64,000 nt of DNA. Origin: Azolla caroliniana (taxonomy: Eukaryota > Plantae > Polypodiophyta). Within the stretch, counting starts at the first letter, position 1, and each line of letters opens with the position of its first letter. The position numbers and the translations under genes were made by a program. The notes beneath the pieces were generated by a model. The model was not told the origin of the DNA, did no database searches, and saw nothing but the letters and a program-made list of their open reading frames with translations. The stretch is from the NCBI GenBank assembly GCA_043228905.1, contig JBHGNT010000007.1, forward strand, positions 18,414,001 to 18,478,000, in the 5' to 3' direction. Positions 25,192-39,507 of the stretch are shown in pieces.

Positions 25192-28102
25192 CCTTGTCAT
25201 TATTATAACAAGCCATTTTATACGGTTGTTGCTTCAAAAAATTGAATAGCTTTAGACTCATGCATGTATTGGTTTATGAACCCCCAAATGACAAATTCCA
25301 TGTGTTTATTATGGAGGTATCGCAGGTGGAGACTTAGAGTCCATGGATTCATAAAGATTGCTACAAGGATAGGACGTGACATGTTGGGAGGGATTGAGAC
25401 CTTCATGCCTCCATGATGGCGATGGAATATCCAGTATTGACATTGTGATTATGGTATGTCCCTAGATTTTTGAGGGAATTTTTTTTATTTGCATTCCCAT
25501 ACTAATCAACGATAATTAATGGAAACGGAAAACGAATTGATTTTGTTGCGCAACTAGTTTGTCAATTTGATAGATGCTCTTTCGTAGTTACCACCCTATA
25601 TGGAGAAGATATCATTCAGAGCTTAACTAAAACAACAATCCATTTGAAGCTGGTCAAATTCACATCATTAGTGATATGGATCCATTATCTTAAGAGAGCA
25701 CACATTACTGAAAAAGAGCATTGGTAGACTATCAAGCAATTCACACTCTTATGCGAGAAAACTAGTACTTCATTTTTTTGTCATTCAATAGTTATATTCA
25801 CATGGGAATTCTAATAGCTAGGGTCACAATAGCCTTGCAAGGAATTACATTCCCATGTGACCATAGTTATCAAGCTGATAAAATTCTTGTTACATGTTTT
25901 TGGTTACAAATTGTAATTATACCTTTATGCTCCTCTTCTGTTATGTGTCTTGTCTTCAAATAATGAACCTAACTTACTTATGATAATTTATAGTTGGCTG
26001 AATCTTATGAATTATTGGATTGGTGAGGATTTCCATTCCCTGTGTCTCCATGATGGGTAGTAGGTAGTTTATAATATTGAGGTCTTCTTCAGCATCCTCT
26101 CATTAGGCCTACAAAATTCCCATTATATATATTCAAACACATATGTACTATATAGTTGCTTCCTTTTCCATTCGAAGTATGTAAGAGATAAGGACAAATT
26201 GTTCCATGGAACTTGTGGAGAACTGCACAAATATGATTTGTTTGTTACAATGGCATTTATATGCACAGTAAAAGGTATGGAAAAAACATTCAAATGTAGC
26301 TCAAAATATTGATAAGATTGTTTTTTTTTCTAAACAATATATCCTTCCATTAGTTTTAAGAAGCATGTCTGCTAAAAAATACAACCAATAGCTCAGCGCT
26401 GCTGCTTCCAACAACACCTTTGTTACAAAAGACTTCAAAAGCTTCCTTTAGAGCCTTGTGAAAGAGGGAATGATGTACAAAGCATTACTCACATATTGTA
26501 GATATTTATCATGCAATTCAAACACATTCCGTACAAATGCCTGGTCTAATCCAGTTACAACCTTCTTCTCAGCCTTTTTATTGCTTGTTTTACTAATGTC
26601 ATTCCTTCATCGGTGATATGCTTCTCGATAAGATTGTTTTCTGTCAAGATTGATAAGTACCAATACTATCATCAGAAATCAGCAATGATGATTATTGCTT
26701 TCCTCATGAAATCTCTCAGATATATTGGGAGCATCACTCTCAACACATTGACTGGCCCCCATGGTTGGGGCAAGGTGAGGTTGTTAGTTCTAATATTATT
26801 ACATTCAGGCATGGTACTTTGGAGGTACTTTGGATACTAAAACTCGAGTCATGAGTCCAATACATTGGGCTATTCGCTCCAGCAAGGGAAGGGTGATAAT
26901 ATTAAGGAGAGGAACAAGCATATAGGTTTGAACTATGTCATTAACTACTATTTCACTTTCAAGAACTTGAGACACGAGAGCATTAAGAGAAAAGGTTGAA
27001 AGCTTTAGACTCAAGTGCTTATTGCAATGATTATTCTTGAAGACATTGTTACATTGATTTATGAGCTTACTATATATCTTATGAAGATACAAGTATATGT
27101 TGTGGAGATGGTCTTTGGAAGGTGGACATCAAGATGAGGAATCAAAGCTTCAATTGTATGAGTTATGGAGATGGCCTTTGGAAGGATAACAAAAGAAGGA
27201 AATCGAAATAGGTTTAAGCACAATGAAACACTAGCACAATTTAAATATGGGTAGAATACAATAATGAAACCTTAGCCATTCTCTTTGAACAACTCAATTT
27301 TGAGTTATACATTTTCAACATGTTAATAATCTTTCATTATTATCCTAACTATGAGTGAGGCAAAGGTCCAATTAGCCACAAATAAAATGAGCTCATGAAT
27401 GGGTGTAAAATCTTGTCTTCAAGCAATTACATACAAAAAAGGATTAGTAGATCATCAAGCGATTGCACTCTACATGAGGAAATCAGTAATTCAATTTCTT
27501 TCATTTAGTAGTTACAAACACTATAGTCCTCTAAGGAATTAGAATTAAGGTCCTTTGATATCCCATGAATTAATAGAACTTTTCTATTAGTGCTACATCA
27601 TAGAGGACCCAAAATGCCTCGTTTAATGCAAATCATCAAGACAATTGTTGGAAGAATAAATAAAAAACAATGTGGAAAAACCAAGAGTAGCATAGCTTCT
27701 TGCATTTCTCAATTACATGGGTACAATGTGTCATTATTGCATTTACTGAATATGCACAATAACATGAAAGAAATGCTTGTGCTTTGACTCTACCATGGGT
27801 TCATTTCATGGACATATCAAGTAATTGTAAAACTTCTTTTGGTCGTCAATCATAATATGTGTCACAACAAATCACAAATCAATCATATCTCTTCTCATCT
27901 AGACCTTCAAGGAATTGAACTTGATATTATGACACGCTAATGTTTCATTATGCAACCTAAGCATGGGCTATAGGACAAAGTTCTGTTTGTGGAACCAAAG
28001 TATGGAGGTCTTTGATTCCTCATAACGATCTCCATCTCCATGACATACATGTAATAGTCCAATCTAATCCATACATAGAGAGAGCTTATAGAAGTCAACA
28101 TC

Positions 28103-28181
28103 AGCTCAGAAATGGGTACAAACACTTCTTCAGTAGAACAATAGCTAGGCTTGGCTGACATGCACCAATCTCATCATTGTT
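28103..28181 (-). ncRNA. Putative box C/D-like RNA, copy E (canonical C box, internal deletion)
   Basis: AACAATGATGAGATTGGTGCATG...CCCATTTCTGAGCT; USE variant TCCCACAGTC at 28238-28247; shorter middle, no clear terminator. Confidence 0.45.
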
Positions 28182-28899
28182 GATAAACATAACTTGTTAT
28201 TGCTTAATTTATAACCTTGTTTTAGTTTGAGACTTCTGACTGTGGGATAAATTTGGTAGAATGGCATTTTTCTGGATGCACTTTTCATACCTTGAGGCTT
28301 GCACTTCTCAAGACTTGAGTCTAAAAGCTTTTCAATAGTTTCTCTTGTTGATCTCGTGGCTCAAGCTCAGATTGGAATTAGTGATAATTGACAATATATA
28401 TCTATATCTATCTATATATATGCACCACCTTCTTCTTAACTTTACCCTTCCATTATATGTGAGGTTTATTACAAGATGGTTCTTTGGATACTACTACTTC
28501 CATGGATACAAACCCATGCAATTCAATTGAGACAAACATTCTTTTTAACACCTCCCTCCATGGAATTATCCACATGTCATTGGTCTAGATGTTCTGAGAA
28601 ATGTAGGTTGTGAGCCAAAAGCTAAAACTTTTATAAACAAGAAGTTATGAGATTAGCACGATGCCACATGCTACCTCTTCATTGTGATTTAGATAATGAG
28701 AAAATAGCTCATGTTTTTCATATGTTCCATTTGAACTTACCAAATAGCTTTTACCAAATGAATGAATGAATGAGTGGACCCATGCACATGAACACATCCA
28801 TGCGATGGAAAGGGGGATTCATTCTATTATAAGTCCAACATACAGAGGCACATAAGATATGTAAGTATATATATAATTGCAGAGAATGGCTATGTCTTT

Positions 28900-28919
28900 G
28901 TACCTTCAGGGACATCTGT

Positions 28920-28951
<32 letters not shown>

Positions 28952-29003
28952 GGCCCATGCACAAGGATGACACACACAAATCGAGAAATGGTTTAAATTT
29001 TTT
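28900..29003 (+). pseudogene. U6: Divergent U6 snRNA copy, probably a pseudogene
   Basis: About 8 substitutions versus the other copies (5' stem GTACCTTCAGGGAC, GGCCCATGCAC, GGTTTAAA) and a mutated USE (GTCCAACATA at 28833). Confidence 0.8.
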
Positions 29004-29770
29004 CTCAAACCTCCTTGTTTAATTCCATCTTCATAATGAATTATAATCAATCAACAATCATATCATATCATTGGTTTCTTCTTCTTGTCTTCTTTCCATG
29101 GAAATTTGCATAGACAATCCATGTAGTTTAAATGCAGAATACATAAGTAATCATGGATGTCTAATTAATAGCCACACAACTCTTATTTGGTCATTGTTAA
29201 TACCTAAGTCACTATGACTATTCAATAGAATTTCTTCTTCCATTTCTCGAGCTGAAAGAGTTCAACCAAACACATGGTTGGTTGCATTAACAAATCGAGC
29301 AATTGTAAAAGTTGTTTTCATAAAGTCCATCACGATAAACAAATCAATCGACTCTTTCCGTCCTCTTTAAAGAAGCATTGTATGTTTTCGACGTGCTAAT
29401 AATACTTCATTACATAACTTGAGAGTTGAGCTGGGAAAAAGTATTGGTTAGAGTTACAAACAAAATGAGCCTAGAAATGGGTGTAATAATGACTTCACAT
29501 GGAATTAAAGGTAGTCAAACATGAAATATGTCATTTGGGGGTTCATAGCTAGGACATGAGTCTAAAGTTCTTAGGGTTTTCCATTTTATGTAGCAAGCAT
29601 GTGATTTTCATGGATGCAAAACTAGGCACAATGCTACTTCTATCTATTTACTGTATGCAAATGCATCCAATGGCATCCTCACTAATAACAAGACTATAAT
29701 CTTATCCCACATGCATAAGTCTTCAAATACAGAAAGCTTATAAATAAGCACAGGAAGTTGTCCTTTCCAT

Positions 29771-29845
29771 AGCTGTGAAGAGATTGGTACATAGCAGCCC
29801 TACTCGGGTTGTGAGATAATCTTTGATTATTATTGAAGAAGAAGA
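29771..29845 (+). pseudogene. 5' part of a box C/D-like RNA gene, copy F, 3'-truncated
   Basis: USE at 29705, TATA ~29738, start exactly +66; GTGAAGA GATTGGTACAT, GCAGCCC/GGGTTGT hairpin, TTGA; no D box before a rearrangement. Confidence 0.5.
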
Positions 29846-30057
29846 TGTGTATACATTCAGCCATATCAGCATGTATACATACATATACACTTACCAAACA
29901 ATAACATGTAAATTAAAGTGCATATGCTGTACTGTCAATAATCACTAGTTCAAATCTCTGAGCTTTGAGCCATGGAATAGCAAAAACAGAAAAATGTTAA
30001 AAATCTTTTTAGACTCAGGTCTTGAGAAAGTGCAGGATATGGAAGGTGCAACATTGA

Positions 30058-30101
30058 CTTGATAACTTGTGAAGACATGTTGCACCCATTTCTGAGCTTT
30101 T
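30058..30101 (+). pseudogene. Promoterless 3' half of the box C/D-like RNA
   Basis: CTTGATAACTTGTGAAGACATGTTGCACCCATTTCTGAGCTTTT fused to far-upstream flank sequence. Confidence 0.5.
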
Positions 30102-30979
30102 ATCTTCTTTGCCTTCCATAACCTCTCTCTACTGTGTATGGAGAAGATTGGGCTGGGCTACCACTAACTAACTGTATGTCGCAGAGATGGAGATCACTAT
30201 GAGGAATCAAAAACCTCCCAAAATTTTGGAACCACAAAGAACCTCACAATTTTAAACATTGTCATCTCTGCCCGTGCTTAGTCAGGTTGCATAATGAAAC
30301 ATTTGCATGTCCCACAATATCAGAGCTCAATTCCTTGAAGATCATGAGTCTCGGAACTATAATAGTAGAATCATGGTGCAACCATCAGGTTTTTGCATTA
30401 AACTTGGTATTACAAGTGAAACTCAGAAGAAAAAAGTGATCAATGCTAACGGTAGACACATGTATGGAGCATATGGATATATATAATGCTAGAATTTGGC
30501 TCCATACAATGAATTCCGAGTAGTATTTGTAGCCACTAGTTCTACTAGGCTTGCTTGTTTGCATGCACCAGGAAACAATGGCGTTCTGATAACAAGATTT
30601 ATCCTACTCTACTTTCAATAATTGTAAAATTAACAAAACCCTACATATATGCGGATTCCCGTCCTCTAATTTAAGTACCTTCTTCTGCCATGTGCAACAA
30701 ATTCGTTATAATTCCACTTGTTAACAAAAAAACATTCTGATTTCTTTCTTCTGGAAGAAAACAATCAGTTAATGCATTTGTTAACAGAAAACATTCTGAT
30801 TTCTTTCCTATGGAAGAAAACAATCAATCAGACAGAAATGCATGCATGTCATTTTTCATATCTTGACCCCCGATTTACATCATTTCTTCAAGAACAGAAA
30901 CCATAAACACCACTGTGACCTAATAATAATAAAACGGCGATTGATGACTACTACTGCAGAATAAGCGCAGAGAAAAAGG

Positions 30980-31031
30980 AAAAAATTTGGACCATTTCTC
31001 GATTTGTGCGTGTCATCCTTGCGCAGGGGCC

Positions 31032-31063
<32 letters not shown>

Positions 31064-31083
31064 TCAGATGTCCCCGAAGGGAC
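30980..31083 (-). ncRNA. U6: U6 spliceosomal snRNA
   Basis: Same sequence as 19729-19832; USE 31141-31150, TATA ~31108-31117. Confidence 0.97.
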
Positions 31084-31667
31084 AAAGCCATAGCCATTCT
31101 CTGCAGATTTATATATACTTCTATATCTTATGGGCCTTTATATGTGGGACATATATATAGTTAACAAACACTTTATGTCACTTTGAGAGGGTCCTGGCTC
31201 TACTATGTATATCCAATACCCACGATAGATACATGGTTCCAATTTCCAATGATGGTTCCACTGAGGCTTAACTTGCTAAGCCATTGAACTTAGGCCAAAC
31301 CTCTCGCTTTGGGCATGCCCCTACCGGTCGCAAAACTATACGGTTCCCCATATGACCCAAGTGCATTGGGGTTCTTCGTCCACCCAAGCACTGCATTATT
31401 ATCGCATTATATATGACACTTACATTTTAACCATTGTAATGTTTCGGTATTATGATCGTGTCAATGCTCACGTTATTCTTGACAATACTTTCTTTGTTAT
31501 CATTATTGTTTGTCGCACCACGCATGTGATAGTTATGCACAACCACAAAAAAGGGGGCAACCATGCATGATGGTTAGGCCTGAATTAGCTTTGCAAGTGG
31601 TCCAAGGATTATCACCTATAGGGATTCGAGGAACTCAACATCAATCTTTTATGTAATCTTGTGGACC

Positions 31668-31909
31668 TAGGAATCGGCAACGGCCCGGTTATGTGGTTTG
31701 GTTTAGGCTTAAGCTTCCTTAACCGGTTTGAGCTTAGTTTGGGATGGCTCAAGCTGAACCAAACCGATTTGGGCCAAGCCAGTTAAGGCTTAATCGGCTT
31801 GGCTAAACCGTTTTAGGTTTGGAAACTCCCAAACCGGTTTAGGCTTGACCAGTTTGGTCTGGACAAGGCCAAATTGGTTAAGCCGAAACCAAACCGTTAT
31901 CAATTCCTA
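31668..31909. mobile_element. MITE / non-autonomous DNA transposon
   Basis: Imperfect TIRs TAGGAATCGGCAACGG / CCGTTATCAATTCCTA, many internal AACCG/CGGTT motifs, flanking direct repeat CTTGTGGACC / CTTGTGGTCC. Confidence 0.75.
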
Positions 31910-32169
31910 CTTGTGGTCCTAGTTCTTCTTCGTTATAATAAAATTATTTTTCTTCATTTTCCTTTTTCTAAAACATATTACGTTTTGTTTCAACCTTTGT
32001 GAAACTCGAAGATAATACCCTCTCTCTTTTCCTCGAGGAATCTTCCCAAACTTTATTTTCTACTAGAGTTTGTTAGCAAGTAGGAATGTGTGCATGTTCT
32101 ATATGAGCTAGATTTCCTTCACAACCAAAATTTGGCATTGGAGCACGAGAACTAGAGGCTACTTTGGGA

Positions 32170-32600
32170 TTTACAAGCGAGTACCAAAATTGGCACAACA
32201 ATGTCACAAGCTATGCATTCGAGTCCACCACTCGAAGCACCTTTTAATATCTTTGCAGCAATAAGCTTCAATACAACAAACCTTTCCCAAGGAGCCGAAT
32301 ATCATCTTGCTGCCAAAATTAGATGGTATTTTATCTTAATTCTGGAGGGTTGCTAAACCAAATGTGTATAGTCATTCAAATGCATCCCGATCATATATCC
32401 GAACAATGTAGGATGAGTTAGGTTAGTTGGAACTTTGTTGAGAATCACGATGAATACCATACTTTGCACCATTTCTAGAGAAGAGATCGCATTTATTTGA
32501 AGATTTTGATGTTTTTCAAGCATGCTTTGGAGATACTATTAGTGGGAGAATGGAAACAAACAATATTTGAAGTTATGGTGAGCATATCATCCTACCTCAA
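32170..32600 (+). mobile_element. Possible decayed Ty3/gypsy gag remnant
   Basis: Fragmented peptides such as (V)RLVGTLL, FLEKRSHLFEDFDVF and ACFGDT; weak, by eye only. Confidence 0.3.
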
Positions 32601-34234
32601 CTAATGCATTATTCTTGATGAAGAATTATTATATTATTCGATTTGCAACCAATGTAGCCCAATTAAATGTAACATTTGAGTAGGTTAAGCATATGTATAG
32701 ATAGTAGTGTGTGGGTACTCCAAAATGTGACTTAACAATAGTTGTTTGTGGAGCTATTATCAAAACTTATGACAATAGTAGTACATAGGCTAGTTGCCAA
32801 CAATTGACATTCACGATAGACTATGTTGTTCCTATAGTAGAAATAGAAGGTAGTGTATGACTTATCACTAAAGAAGGTAGGGAGCGAGCTACCCGTGGCT
32901 GCCCTCCATACAATACATTGGCCATATGGCTGAAAATTACCAACTTTAGTTACAAAAAAACTCACTATTGATAGTAGGACATAGGTTAATTGTCTACACT
33001 CAATATTCGTGATACTCATTAATTGTCTTCATAGCTAGGCAACTCTTGTTTAATTGACTTCTTTGACTCATACGCCTTATTTCATACATAACTGAAACGC
33101 CTCGTATTGTTTACTTAATTTTTATACCAATGGAGGATATTTTTTATGGAAAAATAATAATTTGAAATGCCTCGTAGAGGAAGCACGATTTGCAACAATC
33201 ATGTTAGCCTCGATAGACATGGCATTTACAAACCCCCACAATAGGACCCCTATAGTCTAAACTTCAAGTACTCTTGAGTGCTACACACTCAAATCCATGG
33301 ATATGAAATTCTAAAAGTGGTTACTAATGGTCAATGTGATGAGTTAATACACATGGCAAGGCTCCCTACCCGTTTTGTGTTTATATGGTTGATGGTCGTT
33401 CAATATAGTCCCTTGGTTTCCTAAAAGTGGTGGTTATCCATTCTAGATATTCATTGTGGTATTGCACTTGATAGACCCTGACACTTAACCGATATCCTTG
33501 GATTTTTTGGAGCTACACATTGTTAGGATTCAGGAACATGATTGGCTACCACCTCACTTTTTTTTTATGGAAGACGACGAAAATCAAAATCTATACACAA
33601 CCCAATAAACAAACATTAATACAACTAAACATAATCAATAACGAATGATTGCCTCCAATTAATGGCATGTTAATGCAAGTTTCCATGGCCTAGAATAATA
33701 GCCATGCATGTATCCAATGTCATGTTTAGGACCAAATTATTAACCAATTGAAGGATATAAAATCTGAGATTGGCTGGGAAATAGTAAGTACACTTGAAAT
33801 CGATGAAAACTTATTAATGATTTATTCATAATCATATAAGATCATTTAAACAATGAAATACAAGTTTTTTTTTCTATAAATACTATAATCTTGTAGATTA
33901 GAAATTACATTTGAGCATCTTTGGACATTACCAAATTGCCCTCTCCCATCTTACGAGGATAAGTTTATGATGGTAATAACTCATACAATTATATTTGTGG
34001 ATCATTTTAATACACATAGGCATATGAGAAACAAAAGTTCCTCATGGACAAAAGTTTCCATTACATCTTAGCTTAAAAGTTAACATCCAAAATACACTAT
34101 TGAAATACATTTAGATGAAGAAACATAACTTGATGTAAGAGGATGCACGCTAAATGACGAGCGGAGCCAAAGGGAAGTGTTAGGACATGGCTAATTGTTC
34201 GGCCAATCAAACCTAATTCAATACAAGATATCAT

Positions 34235-34700
34235 TTAACCCCTATGACTTTATGACTGAAATTTGGGCATCCAAGTTCAAATTGGGCGTTGTGCAAAATA
34301 TGAGTTGGTACAAGGACCTAGGTGATCTAGGGTTCACATGGCAATACACCTATGATATCAAAGTCAATATGGTAGAACCCATATATGTGTTAGTGTGAGG
34401 ATCTAGGGTTTGGGTCATTTAGCCCCAAGGACTTTACGACTGAAATTTGGACAACCAAGTTCTTTGGGTGTTGTGCAAAATATGAGCTGGTACAATCACT
34501 TGGGTGGTCCAGGGTTCACATGGCAAATACGCCTATGATATCAAATTCAATATGGCAGAACCCATATATGTGTTGGGGCGAGGATCTGGGGTTCGTCTAA
34601 TGATTGAATAATGTCAGATTCGATATAGTATTGACCATATATGAGTTGGTACGAGGATCTAGGGTCCAAGTCCGCCCAAATTTTGATACGATATTGACCA
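34235..34700. repeat. Degenerate ~185-bp tandem repeat (2+ copies)
   Basis: GACTTTA(T/C)GACTGAAATTTGG... and GGGTTCACATGGCAA...GAGGATCTAGGG recur at ~185-bp spacing. Confidence 0.6.
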
Positions 34701-36813
34701 GACCAGATATATGGGCGGATACGAGTATCGGGGGGTGGTATGGGTTTGCCTGGGGACGATTGGTGCCAAATTCGAGATTCAATGGGGCCCATATATGAGG
34801 TGTGGTTGGTTGGTCAGTCTGGGGTTTGATTCGCGTGGTCATGAAATGAGGTGAGGCACGGTGAGAGCCCACCCTACAATTCTAGCTATAAATAAGACCA
34901 CAAGATCTCTTCTCCACTCCATGACACACACACCCATGGTCCATGCATATGTATGTATGTCCATTGTACAGATGGTGGTGGTATAGGTTACAATACATGC
35001 TTAGTTGTAGTTTGGGAGGAGTAGACCATAAAAATCTTGGAGATATGGTGTACAAATATGTGTAGTTCTTGTATATACACATCAAATCGGCTATGATGTG
35101 AGCACAATGGAGTCGGTTGGTATACTCCTTTATCCAACACAACTTTTGTATTTCTTATGATTTTATAATATCGAGGCGTATCTCTTTAGGTAAAAAAAGA
35201 AAATGGCTAGCCCAACTTTGACCCCATGGGAGAGAAGAACAAAAAAAGAAAATGGTGAGCCCAACTTGGACCCCATGGGAGAGAATATGTTAAATTAAAC
35301 ATATATTAGTTCATAGATGCTCATGCAACATGAATAATTTTTTTAGCATCAACTTAATTTACATTACAAAGTTAGTTTAACTCATTTATTTGTCTAATTA
35401 ATCCGTCCAAACATATTGAATGAATGAAATGGATTCTTCTAGAGTTGCAAGAGAATTTTTTGTTATGCATCATTTGTATTTTTGTAATTATAGGAAGGCT
35501 AATTTTTCTATAATCTTCTTATAATGTGGTTGGAGGGGGAAATTGTTAGTGGTAAATGGGGCATTGGACACCTACTTGTTATTAATTTTATAGAGTGCGA
35601 ACAAGGTCACAAAGAGGGGATGGGCAAATATTCAATCGAAGGTGTGCAAAATGAAGATTGAGAGCATGATTCGATCTTCTTCGCGTCATCCATCAATCCC
35701 TTCTTGTGCAATAATTAAACGACAACACATTGGCATCATTGTCTCTATCACTAGCTACGTGCAATCAAGTTTTGGTGGTTAATTTTGCTTTGTTGAGCTA
35801 AAGAATTCCAGGATTTTTCTCTCTCTCTCTTTTCCATAACATTGTAGTCTATCTAGAGTGAAACCTTGTTGAACATTTTTATCCGCAGATAGTGAATAAT
35901 TTTCTAGACTTGGTCCCATGGTTTTAAAGATAAACAAAAGTTGTTGGTGTATTTCACATTAAATTTATTTTGTTGTTTATCATAAATAACTTGCATACGA
36001 TCATATTTGTTTCCTAACCAAGTAGCAATAGTATATGATGATGAGTTCTTGGACAAAGGTGGTGATGATGAGGTTTTGATACGATGAGTAATGTTATTCT
36101 GAGTGGGTTTTTTATTCAAAGTACCCTCAAGTAATGGATGATGAATGGAAGAATGTGTTATTTATCTTGTTAATTGTCCTCCTAGGTAAACTCCTTCAAA
36201 ATCATTAGCAATGTGATGACAAAACCTCTAATCATTAGTAAATATTAATCAATGCACATCAGTAGTTTTCCAAGTGACCACAACTATTGAGCAAATGAAA
36301 ACCATATTACCGGTTTTGGATCAAGGTGCAATGACTTTGCGATCCTCCTCGTCGATAATGTCTCTTCTCTTTATAAAATGTATCCAACTTATGATCATTT
36401 ATTGATAGCTTCTTTATGATTGGATTGGTAAGGAATTCTATTCTTCTTGTCTACATGATGGGTGGTAGGTAATATATTACATTAAGGTATTCTTCAAGCA
36501 TACTCTGATTAGGCCTACCCATTCCCCATTATATATATACATATGTATATGGTTTCTTCCTTTTCCATTCTAAGTATGCAAGAGATAAGGTAAAACAAGC
36601 TTAAGAGCTTTAGGCTTAGGTCCTGATTATGAACCACAAATAACATTCACATCTTTTTCAGGTGGAGACTGGAGTGCAGGCATTCACATAGATTGCATCC
36701 ATGCATACAGAAAATGGCTCTCTAACTCATAACAAGGATTTAACTTATCCCACATTCAAAAGTCTCACACTAAATAAAGCTTATAAATAACCACAGGAAG
36801 GCTGACTTAACTC

Positions 36814-36916
36814 AGCGATGAGGATTCATGGTGCACAACAGCATAGCCTACCTGTGATAGTAGCTTGATTACACAAGAAGACATGGTTGCACCCAATTCT
36901 GAGCTTCATGCTTTTT
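36814..36916 (+). ncRNA. Putative Pol III box C/D-like RNA, copy G (subfamily 2)
   Basis: USE at 36748, TATA at 36781, start +66; AGC-GATGAGGA...GGTGCA...TTGA...TGCACCCAATT-CTGA-GCT, TTTTT at 36912. Confidence 0.6.
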
Positions 36917-37004
36917 GACACCAAATAATAGAATCTGAAGAAGATTGGACTATAATTGTATGTTATATATAGAGATGATATTTGGGAGGAATCTAAACCT
37001 CTCC

Positions 37005-37127
37005 AATAAAATTACTATATGTCACGGAGATGGTAATTGTGTGCTATGGAGATGGAGTTGATTGAATAAAATTACTATATGTCACGGAGATGGTAATTGT
37101 GTGCTATGGAGATGGAGTTGATTGAAT
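37005..37127. repeat. 60-bp tandem duplication
   Basis: AATAAAATTACTATATGTCACGGAGATGG... twice. Confidence 0.9.
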
Positions 37128-38828
37128 GTTGTTCACCTTTGTGACATAATATGACCATGACCGGAACAACTTTCGCAATTGTTTGATTTTGTCATCGGAA
37201 TGAACCAACATAGAATCCAAAGCGCAAAGACATCTTATTGTTATTGTGCATAATTGCTAATAACCGCAAGTCTAACGATACATTGTGCAAGTGTAATTGA
37301 GAGATGCAAGAAATCGATCTTAAACACTTTGGTTTTTCCATGCCAAGTGATTGTGGAATGGGGGGTTTCCACAAGAGAGCCACAATACTTGATGGAAAGC
37401 GGCCTACAAAACAATGATTATAAACTCAGATATCACATTTGGATGGATGGATGGGATCATCATGTTTGTTGAGTTCATAACCAAAGATCATATATACTAT
37501 ATCCCCCAAGTACATCGACCGGCACCCATGGCTGGGACAAGGTGAGGTTGTTAGTTCTAATATTATTACACTAAGGCATGGTACTTAGAGGTTATTCATG
37601 ACTTTAAATTTGTTTTCCCAGTTCAGATACTGAAACTCGGGGTCGTGAGTCCGATACATTGGGCCATTCGCTCCAATAAGGAAAGGGTGATAATATTAAG
37701 GAGAAGATCAATCATATAGGTTTGCCATTAACTACTAATTCTAACTTGAGCTTGAGCCATGGGAGCAATAAGAGAAAAGGTTTTAAAAGCTTTAGACTCA
37801 AGTGCTTATTACCATGATTATTCTTGAAGACATGTTACATTGATTTATTAGCTTACTATATTATACTCTTATGAAGATTCTACAATTATACATTGTGGAA
37901 ATGGTCTTTGGAAGGTGGAGATCAAGATGAGGAATCCAAACTTCAATTGTATGAGTTATGGAGATGGCCTTTCGATGGATAACAAAAGAAGTAAATCGAA
38001 ATATGTTCAAGGACAATGAAACAAGTCTAGCACAATTTAAATATGGCTAGAAAACAATAATGGAACATTAGCCATTCTCTTTGAACAACGAGTGACTCAA
38101 TTGAGTTATACATTTTTGACATGCTAATAATGTTTCATTATGTGTCCTAACAATGAGTGAGTCAAAGGACCCATTAGTCACAAACAAAATGAGATTAGGA
38201 ATGGGCGTAATATCATATCTTCTAGCAATTACATAAGAAAAAGGATCAATAGATCATCAAGTGATTTGCACTCTACATGAGGAAATCAGTCACCATAGCC
38301 TTTGTAAGGAATTAGAATTAAGATAATTTGATGTCCCAAGAATTAATAGAACTTCTCTACTGAGTGTTAAATCATTGAGGTACCGAAAATGCCTCATTTA
38401 ATGCAAATCATCAAGATAATTGTTGGAAGAAGAAATCGAAAACAATGTGGAAAAACCAAGAGTAGCATAGCTTCTTGCAAATTTTCTCAATTACATGGGT
38501 ACACTGTGTCATTAGTGCATTAAATAGTGAATATGCACTATAACATGAAAGAAGTGCAGCCTCATGTTTTGATTCTACCATGGTTTCATTTCATCAACAC
38601 ATCAAGCAATCATAAAACTTCTTTTGGTCGTCGATCATAATATGTGTGTCGCGACAAATCGCAAATCAATAAACTCTTCCCATCCAGATCTTCAAGGTAC
38701 TGAACTCGATATTGTGAAACACTAATGTTTCATTATTATGCAACCTAAGCATGGGCTATATAGAGATGACAAAGTTTAATAATTATGAGGTTTCAATCGC
38801 TCCATTTGTTTGTGGTACCCAAACAAAG

Positions 38829-39194
38829 TATGTATGGAGGTCTTTGATTCCTCAATAGTGATCTCCATCTCCATGACATTACAGGTAGTAGTCCAATCTC
38901 ATCCATACATACAGAGAGAGCTTATGGAAGGCAAAAAATAAGCTCAGAAATGTATGTATGGAGGTCTTTGATTCCTCAATAGTGATCTCCATCTCCATGA
39001 CAATAGTAGTCCAATCTCATCCATACATACAGAGAGAGCTTATGGAAGGCAAAAAATAAGCTCAGAAATGTATGTATGGAGGTCTTTGATTCCTCAATAG
39101 TGATCACCATCTCCATGACAATACAGGTAGTAGTCCAATCTCATCCATACATACAGAGAGAACTTATGGAAGGCATAAAAATAAGCTCAGAAAT
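38829..39194. repeat. Tandem repeat 3 x ~120 bp copying the 3' end, terminator and flank of the ncRNA unit
   Basis: TATGTATGGAGGTCTTTGATTCC...AAGCTCAGAAAT starts at ~38829, 38953 and 39071. Confidence 0.88.
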
Positions 39195-39274
39195 TAGTGC
39201 AACATGTCTTCATTAGTTAGTCCTGACAGAACTGGAGCCGGGCCTGGCTGCCATGCACCGATCTCCTCATTGCT
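39177..39274 (-). ncRNA. Putative Pol III box C/D-like RNA, copy H
   Basis: USE 39331-39340, TATA ~39299-39307, start at exactly 66 bp; AATGAGGA...ATGAAGA...CTGAGCTTATTTTT. Confidence 0.6.
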
Positions 39275-39487
39275 GATTGGAAAGGTATGTTCTTGACTAA
39301 TTTATAAGCTTGATTTAGTTTAGGACTTATGAATGTGGGATAAATTTAGATAGGAATTTCTGAGTGCTGATCTCGTGGCTCAACCTCAGATTGGAATTAG
39401 TGATTATTGACAGTACATTATATATATATATATATATATGCGCCATTTTCTCCTTAACATTACCCTTGCCTTATATGTCAAACTCTT

Positions 39488-39507
39488 CCTAAACCCTAAA
39501 CCCTAAA
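39488..39507. repeat. Interstitial telomeric repeat (CCCTAAA) x ~3
   Basis: CCTAAACCCTAAACCCTAAA. Confidence 0.75.

Larger units (their letters stand above)
35420..37350 (+). repeat. Diverged direct segmental duplication of ~17290-19250
   Basis: Collinear shared blocks, e.g. AATGGATTCTTCTAGAGTTGCAAGAGAATTTTTTG at ~17299 and ~35429, continuing through ncRNA copies A and G. Confidence 0.85.

Noticed and set aside
39488-39507. Telomerase RNA template
   Set aside because: No correctly oriented USE/TATA upstream; the repeat sits at a junction and is longer than a typical template.
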